Source of the DNA: Candidatus Aenigmatarchaeota archaeon
GTDB lineage: Archaea > Aenigmatarchaeota > Aenigmatarchaeia > CG10238-14 > SpSt-28
Length of the DNA stretch: 55,934 nucleotides
Assembly (NCBI GenBank): GCA_038997355.1
Contig: JAWBAC010000002.1
Span: 1 to 55,934, forward strand
Direction of reading: 5' to 3'
The notes below the pieces were generated by a model. That model saw only the letters and a list, made by a program, of their open reading frames with translations. It did no database searches and was not told the origin of the DNA. Positions 26,117 through 35,145 of the stretch are shown in pieces. Positions within the stretch are counted from its first letter, which is position 1. The number at the start of each line of letters is the position of its first letter. Made by a program: the position numbers and the translations under genes.

Positions 26117-27576
26117 GCGAAGAAATTATTGGAAGATGTATAGGAGAGGCAAAAATTAACGAAGTAGAATTTCTTTCAACTAAGTTGCCAGAAGTTGGAA
26201 AATATGTTATATTAGAATATGATAATAAAAAAGTTTTAGGAATGATCGAAAGTTTAACAAGGTTTCATCCTGCGTTGTTAGAAGATGTCTATAACGAAGA
26301 AGAGATAGATTCTATAAAGAATTTTGAAGAAGACATGCAAATAATAAAAGGAAAAATAAAGATTCTGGGAGAAGTAGATACTTTAAAACTTCCTAAAATT
26401 CCACCAGCACCAGGAACGATAGTCAAAGTTGCAGATAAAGAAACTCTAGAAAAAATTTTTGGTAAAAGCGAAAAATCTATAAGTATAGGAAAGTTACTTA
26501 GTAACGAAGATGTTGAAGTTTATATAGATGTTAATAAATTAGTTTCGAGACATTTAGCAATTTTATCTATTACAGGAGCGGGAAAATCAAATACAGTAAG
26601 TGTTTTATCTGAAGGCATTTCTAAATTAGGTGGTACTGTTCTTATTTTCGATATGCATAGCGAATATGTCGATGCCGAATTTTCCAAGAAAAAAATATTA
26701 GATACCAAAATTAATCCATTATTTTTACATCCAAAAGAGGCCGCTAGATTAATTAACATAGAGGAAAATGCTTACATACAATATATGTTTTTTAGAAAAG
26801 TTTTTGAAAAAGTAAAAAATGAAATATTAAAACAAAACATTAAATTAGATACTGATATATTTTTCGAAACAATGATAAAAGAATTAGAAAGAGAAGCAAA
26901 AAAAGAAACAAGCTCTTCAGAATCTATTTACAAAGTTATAATGAAATTAGAAGACTTTAGAGAAAAGTTTGGAGAAATATTAGACTTAAGATACGATGAG
27001 ATTACAAATATAATCGAAAAAGGAAAAATAAACATCGCAGATTTAGGTAGTGTAGATGAAGAAGTTGCAGACGTTTTTGTAAGCCATACTTTAAGGAAAT
27101 TGCTAGAAGAAAGAAAGAGATATAAATCTATAGGTAAAGGTTTAAGTTTTCCAGTTTTTGTTGTTATAGAAGAAGCTCATATATTAATTCCGAAAGATTT
27201 TGATACATTTTCTAAATATTGGGCTTCTAGAATTGCAAGAGAAGGCAGAAAGTTTGGAATAGGTTTATGCTTAGTAAGTCAAAGACCCAAAGCTTTAGAC
27301 GCAAACGTATTAAGTCAAGCTAATAACATGATAATATTAAAGCTGATAGAACCAAATGATCAAAAATATGTTCAAGCTGCTAGCGAAATGCTTACAGATG
27401 AATTATTAGTACAACTTTCATCTCTTAATGTTGGAGAAGCAATAGTTTTTGGTCCAATGATAAGAATTCCTGCGATAGTGAAAATTCATGAGTTTAAAGG
27501 AAAAATTAGCGGAAAAGATATCGATTTTATAGAAGAGAGTAGAAAAGAAGAAAATTCAAGTGAAGATTTAATATAA
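26113..27576 (+). CDS. herA: HerA-type hexameric DNA helicase/translocase ATPase
   Basis: N-terminal HAS-barrel-like segment. Walker A LSITGAGKSNTV. Walker B VFVVIEEAH. LVSQRP. Confidence 0.85.
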   Translation: MSEEIIGRCIGEAKINEVEFLSTKLPEVGKYVILEYDNKKVLGMIESLTRFHPALLEDVYNEEEIDSIKNFEEDMQIIKGKIKILGEVDTLKLPKIPPAPGTIVKVADKETLEKIFGKSEKSISIGKLLSNEDVEVYIDVNKLVSRHLAILSITGAGKSNTVSVLSEGISKLGGTVLIFDMHSEYVDAEFSKKKILDTKINPLFLHPKEAARLINIEENAYIQYMFFRKVFEKVKNEILKQNIKLDTDIFFETMIKELEREAKKETSSSESIYKVIMKLEDFREKFGEILDLRYDEITNIIEKGKINIADLGSVDEEVADVFVSHTLRKLLEERKRYKSIGKGLSFPVFVVIEEAHILIPKDFDTFSKYWASRIAREGRKFGIGLCLVSQRPKALDANVLSQANNMIILKLIEPNDQKYVQAASEMLTDELLVQLSSLNVGEAIVFGPMIRIPAIVKIHEFKGKISGKDIDFIEESRKEENSSEDLI

Positions 27577-27591
27577 TTAAAATTATGAAAG

Positions 27592-27942
27592 ATGAAGGTA
27601 GTAGCGAAGCACGTGTTTGGAAGTTTATACGATTGCGATGAAGAAATTTTAAAGAACGAAGAAATGTTAATCGAAATAGTTAAGAAATCTGCAGAAATTG
27701 CTAATTCTAAATTAATTTCTATATATTCTTATAAGTTTGATGGCGGCGGAGGAGTTAGTGTAATTGCAATTGTTGCAGAATCTCATATTTCTATTCATAC
27801 ATATCCAGAATATAGATATGCTTTGGTTGATGTTTTTACTTGCGGTTCTCATACTGAGCCAGAAAAAGCTTTCGATTATATTGTAAAAGAATTGAAAGCT
27901 AAAAGTGTAAGCAAGAAAATTGAGAACAGAAGCTTCGAATAA
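27592..27942 (+). CDS. speH: Pyruvoyl-dependent S-adenosylmethionine decarboxylase proenzyme
   Basis: The self-cleavage site context VAESHISIHTYPE and FTCG. ~116 aa, the archaeal/bacterial small type. Confidence 0.92.
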   Translation: MKVVAKHVFGSLYDCDEEILKNEEMLIEIVKKSAEIANSKLISIYSYKFDGGGGVSVIAIVAESHISIHTYPEYRYALVDVFTCGSHTEPEKAFDYIVKELKAKSVSKKIENRSFE

Positions 27943-28287
27943 TTAGTAATTTATTTGGAAGTATTTTTTTGTTTTAACTATTTTTCTTTTTAGTTGCTTA
28001 GAAAGTTCTTTATCTTCGGTAGCTATTATGTATTCATCTTTGTATTTTAGAATTAGTTCATCCACTTTTCCTTTAATTTTAAGAACTTCTATTTTACCAT
28101 TTTTTATCAAAAGTTTTACTTCTTTTAATATATTCTTATTAATATTTCCTATTTCTGCTAATGTTGTTTCAAAAATGTAAATTTTATAATTTCCTAGATT
28201 CTGATTAAGAAAATCTTCGAATAGCTGAAACTTCTTTTCTTTTATTAAGTATACTAAAAAGTTTGTGTCTAACAAAACTTTTTCCAT
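27943..28287 (-). CDS. PIN-domain nuclease (Fcf1-like)
   Basis: LLDTNFLVYL at the N-terminus and IIATEDKELSKQLKRK near the C-terminus. Confidence 0.7.
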   Translation of the reverse strand: MEKVLLDTNFLVYLIKEKKFQLFEDFLNQNLGNYKIYIFETTLAEIGNINKNILKEVKLLIKNGKIEVLKIKGKVDELILKYKDEYIIATEDKELSKQLKRKIVKTKKYFQINY

Positions 28288-28295
28288 ATATTTTT

Positions 28296-29210
28296 ATGGA
28301 GATTTATCCAATATCTTTTGATTCTTTGGGCACAAGAAGTATGGCAACTTTCGTAAAAACTAATGTAAATATTTTTATAGATCCTTATGCTGCGTTAGCA
28401 CCTAGAAGATATGGATTATTTCCGCACGAAACAGAATTTAACATGTTAAATTTTTACTTGAATATCATTTATAAGCTTGGAAAATTTAGCGAATACGTTA
28501 TTATAACTCATTATCATTACGATCATCATCCAAGACCAAATGATAATAATTTTTTCGAAAGTTTTAAAAATTCCAAGTTTTTAATAAAAGATTTTAGCAA
28601 AGAGCACAGAAGCGCAAAAATAAGAGGAAAACTTTTTATAAAAAACCTAGAAAAATATGGAATTGAATATGAGTATGTAGATGGAGAAGAAATAAAAATA
28701 GGAAAAACAAAACTAATATTTTCAGAACCAGTATGGCACGGAGAAATTAATTCTAAAGTAGGTAGAGTAATAACTCTTTTAATAAAACACAAAAAGCAAA
28801 AGATGTTTTTTGGAAGTGATGCACAATTCTTAATCGATGAAAAAGCACTAAGTTTTGTTTTGGATAATAGGCCAAACTTCTTAATAATTGATGGATTTCC
28901 AACAATATTAGAAGGATATAAAGTTAGCTCAAAAAGTTTTGAAGTTGGATTAAAGCATATGAAAGTTGTTATCGAAGAAATAAATTTTGATAAAATGATA
29001 GTAGATCATCATTTATTAAGAGATAAAGAATTTAAAAAGAAGTTTCCATATTATTCAGAAAAAATAATAACAGCAGCAGAATTTTATGGTTTGCAAAATT
29101 TGCAATTAGAAGCATATAGAAAAGAGCTTTATAATGGATATAAATTTGATTTAGATGTTTATAAGAATCAAATTTTAAAAGTAGTAGAAAAAATTATTAA
29201 TGGTATATGA
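28296..29210 (+). CDS. Metallo-beta-lactamase-fold protein (UPF0282-like)
   Basis: SFDSLGTRSMATFV near the N-terminus and the ITHYHYDHH metal motif. The track start at 28263 is a TTG that overlaps the PIN gene. The ATG at 28296 is preferred. Confidence 0.7.
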   Translation: MEIYPISFDSLGTRSMATFVKTNVNIFIDPYAALAPRRYGLFPHETEFNMLNFYLNIIYKLGKFSEYVIITHYHYDHHPRPNDNNFFESFKNSKFLIKDFSKEHRSAKIRGKLFIKNLEKYGIEYEYVDGEEIKIGKTKLIFSEPVWHGEINSKVGRVITLLIKHKKQKMFFGSDAQFLIDEKALSFVLDNRPNFLIIDGFPTILEGYKVSSKSFEVGLKHMKVVIEEINFDKMIVDHHLLRDKEFKKKFPYYSEKIITAAEFYGLQNLQLEAYRKELYNGYKFDLDVYKNQILKVVEKIINGI

Positions 29211-29811
29211 AATTTTTAATGAAAGAAAAAAAGCTGCCATAAAAAAGTTGTTTGAAGCAATAGAAAAAAATGAAGTTGATTTACCAATTAAAGATATTCT
29301 CATCGAATTAAATAAATATGATTTAGTTTATTCGACATCAAGTTGTGCGGGGAGAATTGCATTATTAGTAGATAAAGGAAGCAAAAAAGATTCTTATTTT
29401 ATAGCTAAATGGCATGATACTGTAAGTTTTCAAGAAGTTGTGAAAGAATTAAAAAAAGATATTAATCACGAATTAATTTGGTTTAAGCAAGAACCATTTA
29501 TAATTCATTTGGTTTTTCCGAAAATGAAATATGCATTAGAAGTTGTTAGAATAGCTAGAGATGTTGGTTTTAAACATAGCGGTATAATAAGTGCAAAAAA
29601 AGAAAAAATTGTTGTAGAAGTTACAGGCTTAGATAGAATAGATTTCCCTATAGTTATAAATTCTGAGTTAACAATATCTTTAGAAAATTTTTCAAAAATT
29701 TTAGATCTAGCAAATTCAAAATTAATTAGAAACAAAATGCTAAGAAACAAATTTTTTGAAAAGCTTTTTGAATATTTTAAGTCTGCTGGATTTAAAAAAT
29801 CTGAACATTAA
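29200..29811 (+). CDS. taw3: tRNA wyosine-derivative methyltransferase Taw3/TYW3-like
   Basis: The YSTSSCAGRI motif and ~200-aa size. Confidence 0.8.
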   Translation: MVYEIFNERKKAAIKKLFEAIEKNEVDLPIKDILIELNKYDLVYSTSSCAGRIALLVDKGSKKDSYFIAKWHDTVSFQEVVKELKKDINHELIWFKQEPFIIHLVFPKMKYALEVVRIARDVGFKHSGIISAKKEKIVVEVTGLDRIDFPIVINSELTISLENFSKILDLANSKLIRNKMLRNKFFEKLFEYFKSAGFKKSEH

Positions 29812-30902
29812 ACATCTATTTCTAGTATAGCTGCTGTCAAACTCCTATAATCAGCAAAATATTTTGATTTTATGTTTGCAAATTTTTCTACTAATTTCCA
29901 TCTTGCCGTTATTACTAAAAATTTCTTGATGTTTGAATTTAAAACTCTATTTATAAAATTCTTATATAACTCTTCTAAATTTTCGTATTTTTTTCTTATT
30001 CCATATGGCAAGTCTGTGATAACGAAATCATAATTCGAATAATCAATATTTAATGCGTCTTTAACAAAAAATTTTATTTTGGCATAAGCTTCTTTAGAAT
30101 TCTCTTTTGCACATTCTATATAATTTTCGTTAATATCGCTACCATATATTTTTAGTTTTTCATCTTTTCCTCTATACTTTAACATATCTAACCACTTATT
30201 CCTATCTAAAAAATAAAATTTTTCGAACTCGAAGCTTCTGTTTAAATTCGGAACTCTATTAATTAAATGATAAGCTTCTATCGGAATAGTTCCTATACCA
30301 CAAAAAGGATCTATTAGAGAAAATTCTTTATTATAATTACTAAGCAAAATCATAGATGCTGCAACTGTAGGTTTTAAAGGAGATATATGAGAGCATTTTC
30401 TATACCATCTTGCATGTAAGGATTTGCCTGTTGTATCTAATGCAACAAAAAATTTATCGTTCATAACATCTACCAAAATAGAAATGTTTGGATTATCTAA
30501 ATTTACTTTTAATCTTATATTTTTCTTTTCGAGATAACTATCTATAACAGCTTGGCCAGCAACTCTTGCAACATCTAAGCTAGTAAAATTATGATTTCCA
30601 ATTCTATTTGCAACAATTGCAAAAGTTTGAGTTGGATAAATATATTGAGTAAAATCGATAGAGCTCTTAATTTTACTATATATATCGTTTAACGATGAAA
30701 AATAATCTTCTAAAAGCACGTAGTATATTTTGTGTAAAGTTTTCGAAAAATAGTTTAAAATAAAGATATCATCTAAATTGCCTTCGAATTTTATCATTCC
30801 ACCTCTTATTTTTTGAGCTTTTTGATTTATTAGCATTGAAACCTCTAGTGCTGCTATTTCTTCCAAACCTTTATTGCAAGTTGCTATAAATTCAACCTTC
30901 AC
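29808..30902 (-). CDS. THUMP-domain tRNA/rRNA guanine-N2 methyltransferase (Trm14/Trm11-like)
   Basis: N-terminal ferredoxin-like/THUMP region. SAM motif I DPFCGIGTIPIEA. Motif IV ITDLPYG. Confidence 0.8.
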   Translation of the reverse strand: MKVEFIATCNKGLEEIAALEVSMLINQKAQKIRGGMIKFEGNLDDIFILNYFSKTLHKIYYVLLEDYFSSLNDIYSKIKSSIDFTQYIYPTQTFAIVANRIGNHNFTSLDVARVAGQAVIDSYLEKKNIRLKVNLDNPNISILVDVMNDKFFVALDTTGKSLHARWYRKCSHISPLKPTVAASMILLSNYNKEFSLIDPFCGIGTIPIEAYHLINRVPNLNRSFEFEKFYFLDRNKWLDMLKYRGKDEKLKIYGSDINENYIECAKENSKEAYAKIKFFVKDALNIDYSNYDFVITDLPYGIRKKYENLEELYKNFINRVLNSNIKKFLVITARWKLVEKFANIKSKYFADYRSLTAAILEIDV

Positions 30903-31446
30903 TTATTATTTCTGCTTCGAATTCATAAATTTCTGTTTTTTCATCTAGCCAACAATTTTTATTTAATCCAGCTTTTAAGCACAAATTTTCTATAAAATCT
31001 TTTTTATTTGGCAAAACTTTCCAAACTTGTGGTAAAAACAAACCAACATTAAAACCTCTAACTATAACATAGCCTTTGTTTTTATCTAAGATGTTTAGAA
31101 TTTCTTTTCTGTTTTTCACTTTATTGTCTATTCTTTTTAATTCGCTCAAAATGCTAACTTCAATTTTAATCTTATCTAATTCATCTTTTCTTAATGGTTC
31201 AAACCTTGGATCTCTACAAGCTTCTTTAGCTGCTTTAATTATAGCAATAGCTAAGGGATATATGGGATAAGGATATCCTATACATCCTCTCAGTTCACTA
31301 TCTTTATAAATAGAAACAAAAACACCTTTCAATTCTTTAAATTCGTTAGGTAAAGAATCTAAATCTATTTCATATTCTTTTCCATATTTAACAAAAAATT
31401 CTATTGATTTTCTAGCAAGTTCTAAAATTTTATCTTTCATAACCAA
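30892..31446 (-). CDS. AMMECR1-domain protein
   Basis: LRGCIGYPYP and RDPRFEP motifs. Confidence 0.85.
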   Translation of the reverse strand: MVMKDKILELARKSIEFFVKYGKEYEIDLDSLPNEFKELKGVFVSIYKDSELRGCIGYPYPIYPLAIAIIKAAKEACRDPRFEPLRKDELDKIKIEVSILSELKRIDNKVKNRKEILNILDKNKGYVIVRGFNVGLFLPQVWKVLPNKKDFIENLCLKAGLNKNCWLDEKTEIYEFEAEIISEG

Positions 31447-32161
31447 CTTTTAAAATATACATAAGCACTATTCCAAAAATAAAGAACAATATTAGTAACG
31501 TTCTATTTCTTATGTCTTTTTCTTTTTTTATTTCAGGCAAAATATCCACAGCAGCTAGATATAAAAACCCACCAGCAACTAATGGTAATAAAAAGTTTAT
31601 AGAAGTTTCGTTTAGGAAATAGAATCCTAGTATTCCTCCTAATATAGCTGATAATTGAGATAAAAACGTTAATAATACAGCTTTTTCTCTTTTAAAACCG
31701 CTAGATAGCAAAAGTGAAAAATTACTTATTTCTTGTGGAATTTCATGAAAAATAATAGAAAAAGTTGTTATAATACCCAAATAAAAATTTGTTAAATATG
31801 CTATTGCTATCGCAACACCATCCAAAAAATTATGAATAACATCAGCAAATATAGTTAGATATCCTAAGGAATGTATATTGCATTTATATTCGTGACAATG
31901 ATGCCAATGAATTAAAAATTCTAGTAACAAAAACAAAACAAAGCCTATCATTAAGAATTTTAGAGCATTTTCTGTTTCAACTTTTTCAAGAGATTCCGAT
32001 AATAGATGAAAAAAAGCTGCAGATATTAAAACACCAGAAGCAAAAGGAACTATAAATTTTATTACTTTTCTTAAAATGTTGTTGCTAATAAAAAAAGAAA
32101 AAATTCCAACTAATCCTATCAAACTTACAATAAATGTTGATAATAAAATATAAAATATCAT
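31430..32161 (-). CDS. zupT: ZIP-family metal (zinc) transporter
   Basis: Multiple TMs, HNFLDGVAIA and HEIPQEISNF motifs. Confidence 0.85.
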   Translation of the reverse strand: MIFYILLSTFIVSLIGLVGIFSFFISNNILRKVIKFIVPFASGVLISAAFFHLLSESLEKVETENALKFLMIGFVLFLLLEFLIHWHHCHEYKCNIHSLGYLTIFADVIHNFLDGVAIAIAYLTNFYLGIITTFSIIFHEIPQEISNFSLLLSSGFKREKAVLLTFLSQLSAILGGILGFYFLNETSINFLLPLVAGGFLYLAAVDILPEIKKEKDIRNRTLLILFFIFGIVLMYILKVGYER

Positions 32162-32442
32162 TCTACTATAAATCTAGCAATTCTATAATCTTCATTTATT
32201 TCCGGCTCATTTATTTCTTTAACTTTAGCATTAAGGCCAAAATCCTTTAATATATATTCTAAATCGTATATATATTCATTCACACCACAAGTTTCACAAA
32301 ATATTCCTTCAAATTTTATATCAGCTTCTATTTTATCTCCTAATTGATTTATCTCTATTATTTTCGCAGTGGCTTCGGGGCTTCTATATCTATTATATTT
32401 TTCTATCGCTTCCTTAATTTTTTCTAATTTTGATGCTTTCAT
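32158..32442 (-). CDS. Hypothetical protein
   Basis: 94 aa, coupled to the ZIP gene by an ATGA overlap. No family recognised. Confidence 0.4.
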   Translation of the reverse strand: MKASKLEKIKEAIEKYNRYRSPEATAKIIEINQLGDKIEADIKFEGIFCETCGVNEYIYDLEYILKDFGLNAKVKEINEPEINEDYRIARFIVE

Positions 32443-32488
32443 AATCGTATTAATTAAAAAGGTTTTTAAATATTAAATAACTATATTT

Positions 32489-32878
32489 ATGGTTAAATAT
32501 CATGACGAAATTAAAGGAAGGACTCCTACTGGAGCAAAGTTTATTCCTCATTATAAAGTTAAAAAGAAGTGTCATTTGGGAGGTTACGATATAAATCCAG
32601 AGCTTTCAGAAGCAGAAAAAAGAATAATTGAAAGAACTAAGGGCGGAAATAGAAAAGTTAAACTAAAATTTGTAACATATGCGAATGTTTTTGATGGAAA
32701 AAGTTATAGAAAAGTTAAAATATTGGACGTAGTTGAAAATAAAGCACATCCATTATTTGAAAGAAAGAAAATTATTACAAAAGGTGCCATAATTAAAACT
32801 GAGATAGGATTAGCTAAGGTAACTTCAAGACCCTCGCAGCACGGAGTTGTAAATGCTATACTTATTGAATCTAAATAG
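32489..32878 (+). CDS. rps8e: Ribosomal protein S8e
   Basis: GRTPTGAKFIPHYKVKKKCHLGG...TKGGNRKVKL...ITKGAIIKTEIGLAKVTSRPSQHGVVNAILI. Confidence 0.9.
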   Translation: MVKYHDEIKGRTPTGAKFIPHYKVKKKCHLGGYDINPELSEAEKRIIERTKGGNRKVKLKFVTYANVFDGKSYRKVKILDVVENKAHPLFERKKIITKGAIIKTEIGLAKVTSRPSQHGVVNAILIESK

Positions 32879-33572
32879 TTTTGATTAATTCTTCTTCGCT
32901 TAGGTAATTTGAAAAAAATCTGTTAACATTTTCCAAATCTTTTTGAAATAACTCTTCAAATATTGGAGAATCTTTTCTAACACCATGACTAAAATCTATA
33001 AAGTATGCTTTATTATGCCCAACCATTATATTATGCTCGCTTAAATCTCCATGAACTAATCCAACTTCCTTTAATTTTTTCATGTTATCTATAATTTGCG
33101 AATATAAATCTTTAGCAATTTCATAATCTAATTCTACATCTTTCAAAAGAGGATAAGGAGTTTCATTTTCTCCCAAAAATTCCATAACGAGAATATTTTG
33201 ATAAGAAGCAATCGGTTTAGGACAATTTATCTTTGCTTTTTCATAAGCAATTTTTAAATTTCTATATTCTCTATTGCACCAAGCAAAAACTACATTTCTT
33301 CTCTCTCTTTTAATTCTTTCGTATCTAGAATCTAAGCTCAATAAACTTCTCATTTGTTTGAAATCAGTATGATAAATTCTATAAATTTTTATTGCTATAT
33401 AGTTCTTGTAAAAATCTTTACCTAAAAATATTACGCTTTCTTTTCCTTCTTTAATAATTCCTACTAGACCAAAAATTACCATTCTATTTCTTAGTTCAAC
33501 TAGTGCCTTAATTGTTAAATTATCTAAAACTTTTGAATATACTTTAAGTTCTTCTTTAAAATCTAAGCTCAT
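32871..33572 (-). CDS. rio: RIO-type serine protein kinase
   Basis: GKESVIF, catalytic LVHGDLSEHNIMV, metal-binding IDFSHGV. Confidence 0.85.
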   Translation of the reverse strand: MSLDFKEELKVYSKVLDNLTIKALVELRNRMVIFGLVGIIKEGKESVIFLGKDFYKNYIAIKIYRIYHTDFKQMRSLLSLDSRYERIKRERRNVVFAWCNREYRNLKIAYEKAKINCPKPIASYQNILVMEFLGENETPYPLLKDVELDYEIAKDLYSQIIDNMKKLKEVGLVHGDLSEHNIMVGHNKAYFIDFSHGVRKDSPIFEELFQKDLENVNRFFSNYLSEEELIKTI

Positions 33573-33861
33573 TAGGTAAATTCTTTATGTATCCATTTTT
33601 TCTTAGCCAATTAACTTCACTTTGTGTATATACATGTATAATATCTCCCTTATCTTCAGTAAACGGCCATTTTTTAAGTATAACTATGTCGCCAACTTTT
33701 ATCCAAACTCTTTTAGCAATTTTTCCAGCAATCCTTCCCATTCGAACTTTTCCATCTTCGCATATAACTCTTACTCTATCTCCAGCGTAAAACATTTCTA
33801 CCATACCATAAACTTCTCCATTTTTTTCATCTGCTAATCTAATTTTTGTTTCTTCGCTCAT
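33556..33861 (-). CDS. eif1a: Translation initiation factor aIF1A
   Basis: GEVYGMVEMFYAGDRVRVICEDGKVRMGRIAGKIAKRVWIKVGDIVIL (S1-like OB). Confidence 0.93.
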   Translation of the reverse strand: MSEETKIRLADEKNGEVYGMVEMFYAGDRVRVICEDGKVRMGRIAGKIAKRVWIKVGDIVILKKWPFTEDKGDIIHVYTQSEVNWLRKNGYIKNLPNELRF

Positions 33862-34520
33862 ATTTTTCTTATTAGTATAGTATCTAAATATAATCTTTTT
33901 CCTTCTTTTACACCAACTAAAGTTCTTGTAACTTTATATTCTATTGGAAACTTTTTTGAAATTAAATTTAAAATTTCATATGCAACCTTCTTAGAACCTA
34001 TATATAAATCTATACCATCTTTGTTTTTTTCTACTTTAGAAATAAAACTTAGAAAATCTTGCTTATTTCTTTTATTAACATAATTTTCAATTTCTTTTAG
34101 TAATTCTTCACTAACATCAAATCTTAGTTGCAAGATAGCTTGCTTATAACCGCTGTTTTTCATAGCACAAAACTTACATGTAAATGGTTTTTCTGTTATT
34201 GTAATTATCTTTTCTGAAATAAGTAGATTGTCTCTATAGAATTTAACGAAAAGTTCAGGATAATTTAGTTCATATTGTATGTCTGCATTTACTTTAAAAT
34301 GATCAGAATGTTTTACATAATGATCTATTGCTTCCTCTATAGTATTAAAAAGAAATTTTTTTGAAAAAGAATATTTCCCACAATATTTACAAAAATATAT
34401 TTTTTGAATTTTTGGAATTTCTAAACTTCTTTCAAAATCTTTTCTAAAACAATCTATACAAAATTTTTCAATAAATATTTCTGCTTCTTTTCCACATTTT
34501 GGACATATTTTTCTCAACAT
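33858..34520 (-). CDS. NMD3-like zinc-ribbon protein (large-subunit maturation factor homolog), short form
   Basis: CPKCG...CIDC...CKYCGKY is the N-terminal Cys pattern of NMD3. It is shorter than typical homologs. Confidence 0.5.
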   Translation of the reverse strand: MLRKICPKCGKEAEIFIEKFCIDCFRKDFERSLEIPKIQKIYFCKYCGKYSFSKKFLFNTIEEAIDHYVKHSDHFKVNADIQYELNYPELFVKFYRDNLLISEKIITITEKPFTCKFCAMKNSGYKQAILQLRFDVSEELLKEIENYVNKRNKQDFLSFISKVEKNKDGIDLYIGSKKVAYEILNLISKKFPIEYKVTRTLVGVKEGKRLYLDTILIRKI

Positions 34521-34554
34521 TAAAAATAAATACTTTAACTTTACAAAAAGATTA

Positions 34555-35145
34555 ATGAAATATACAATTTATTTACTTTTAACAATTTTCGTAGTTTTCA
34601 TTCTTCAAATAATTATAGTTAATTTTACAGAGACGTTTTCTTTAATTCCTAGAAAGGTGCTTGAAGGAGAAGTGTGGAGAATTTTTACATCTATTTTTTT
34701 GCATGGAGATTTTTTGCATTTATTCTATAATTCTTTCGCTCTTTTAATTTTCGCTCCTATATTAGAGAATACTATTGGCCATAGAAGATTTTTGATTGTA
34801 TTTTTTACTAGCGGAATTTTAGGAAGTATCGCATATTTATTAACAAGCTTAGTAATTAATGATCTCGATATACCAGCTTTAGGGGCTAGTGGAGCTATCT
34901 ATGGAGTAATAGGAACATTAGCAATATTAAGGCCAACAACGATAGTTTTTGTTTATTTTATTCCTGTACCTTTATTATTTTTAGCAATGTTTTGGATTAT
35001 TACAGAATCCTTAGGAACTTTACTACAATTGTTTGGTTTAAAAACTTCTATAGCATATCAAGCCCATCTCGCAGGATTGTTATTCGGAATTTTTTATGGA
35101 TACAGATTGAAAGAGAGAGGCATAAAAATTAGATATTATTTTTGA
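34555..35145 (+). CDS. Rhomboid-family intramembrane serine protease
   Basis: WRIFTSIFLHGDFLHLFYN, catalytic GASGAIYG and HLAGLLFG. Confidence 0.9.
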   Translation: MKYTIYLLLTIFVVFILQIIIVNFTETFSLIPRKVLEGEVWRIFTSIFLHGDFLHLFYNSFALLIFAPILENTIGHRRFLIVFFTSGILGSIAYLLTSLVINDLDIPALGASGAIYGVIGTLAILRPTTIVFVYFIPVPLLFLAMFWIITESLGTLLQLFGLKTSIAYQAHLAGLLFGIFYGYRLKERGIKIRYYF

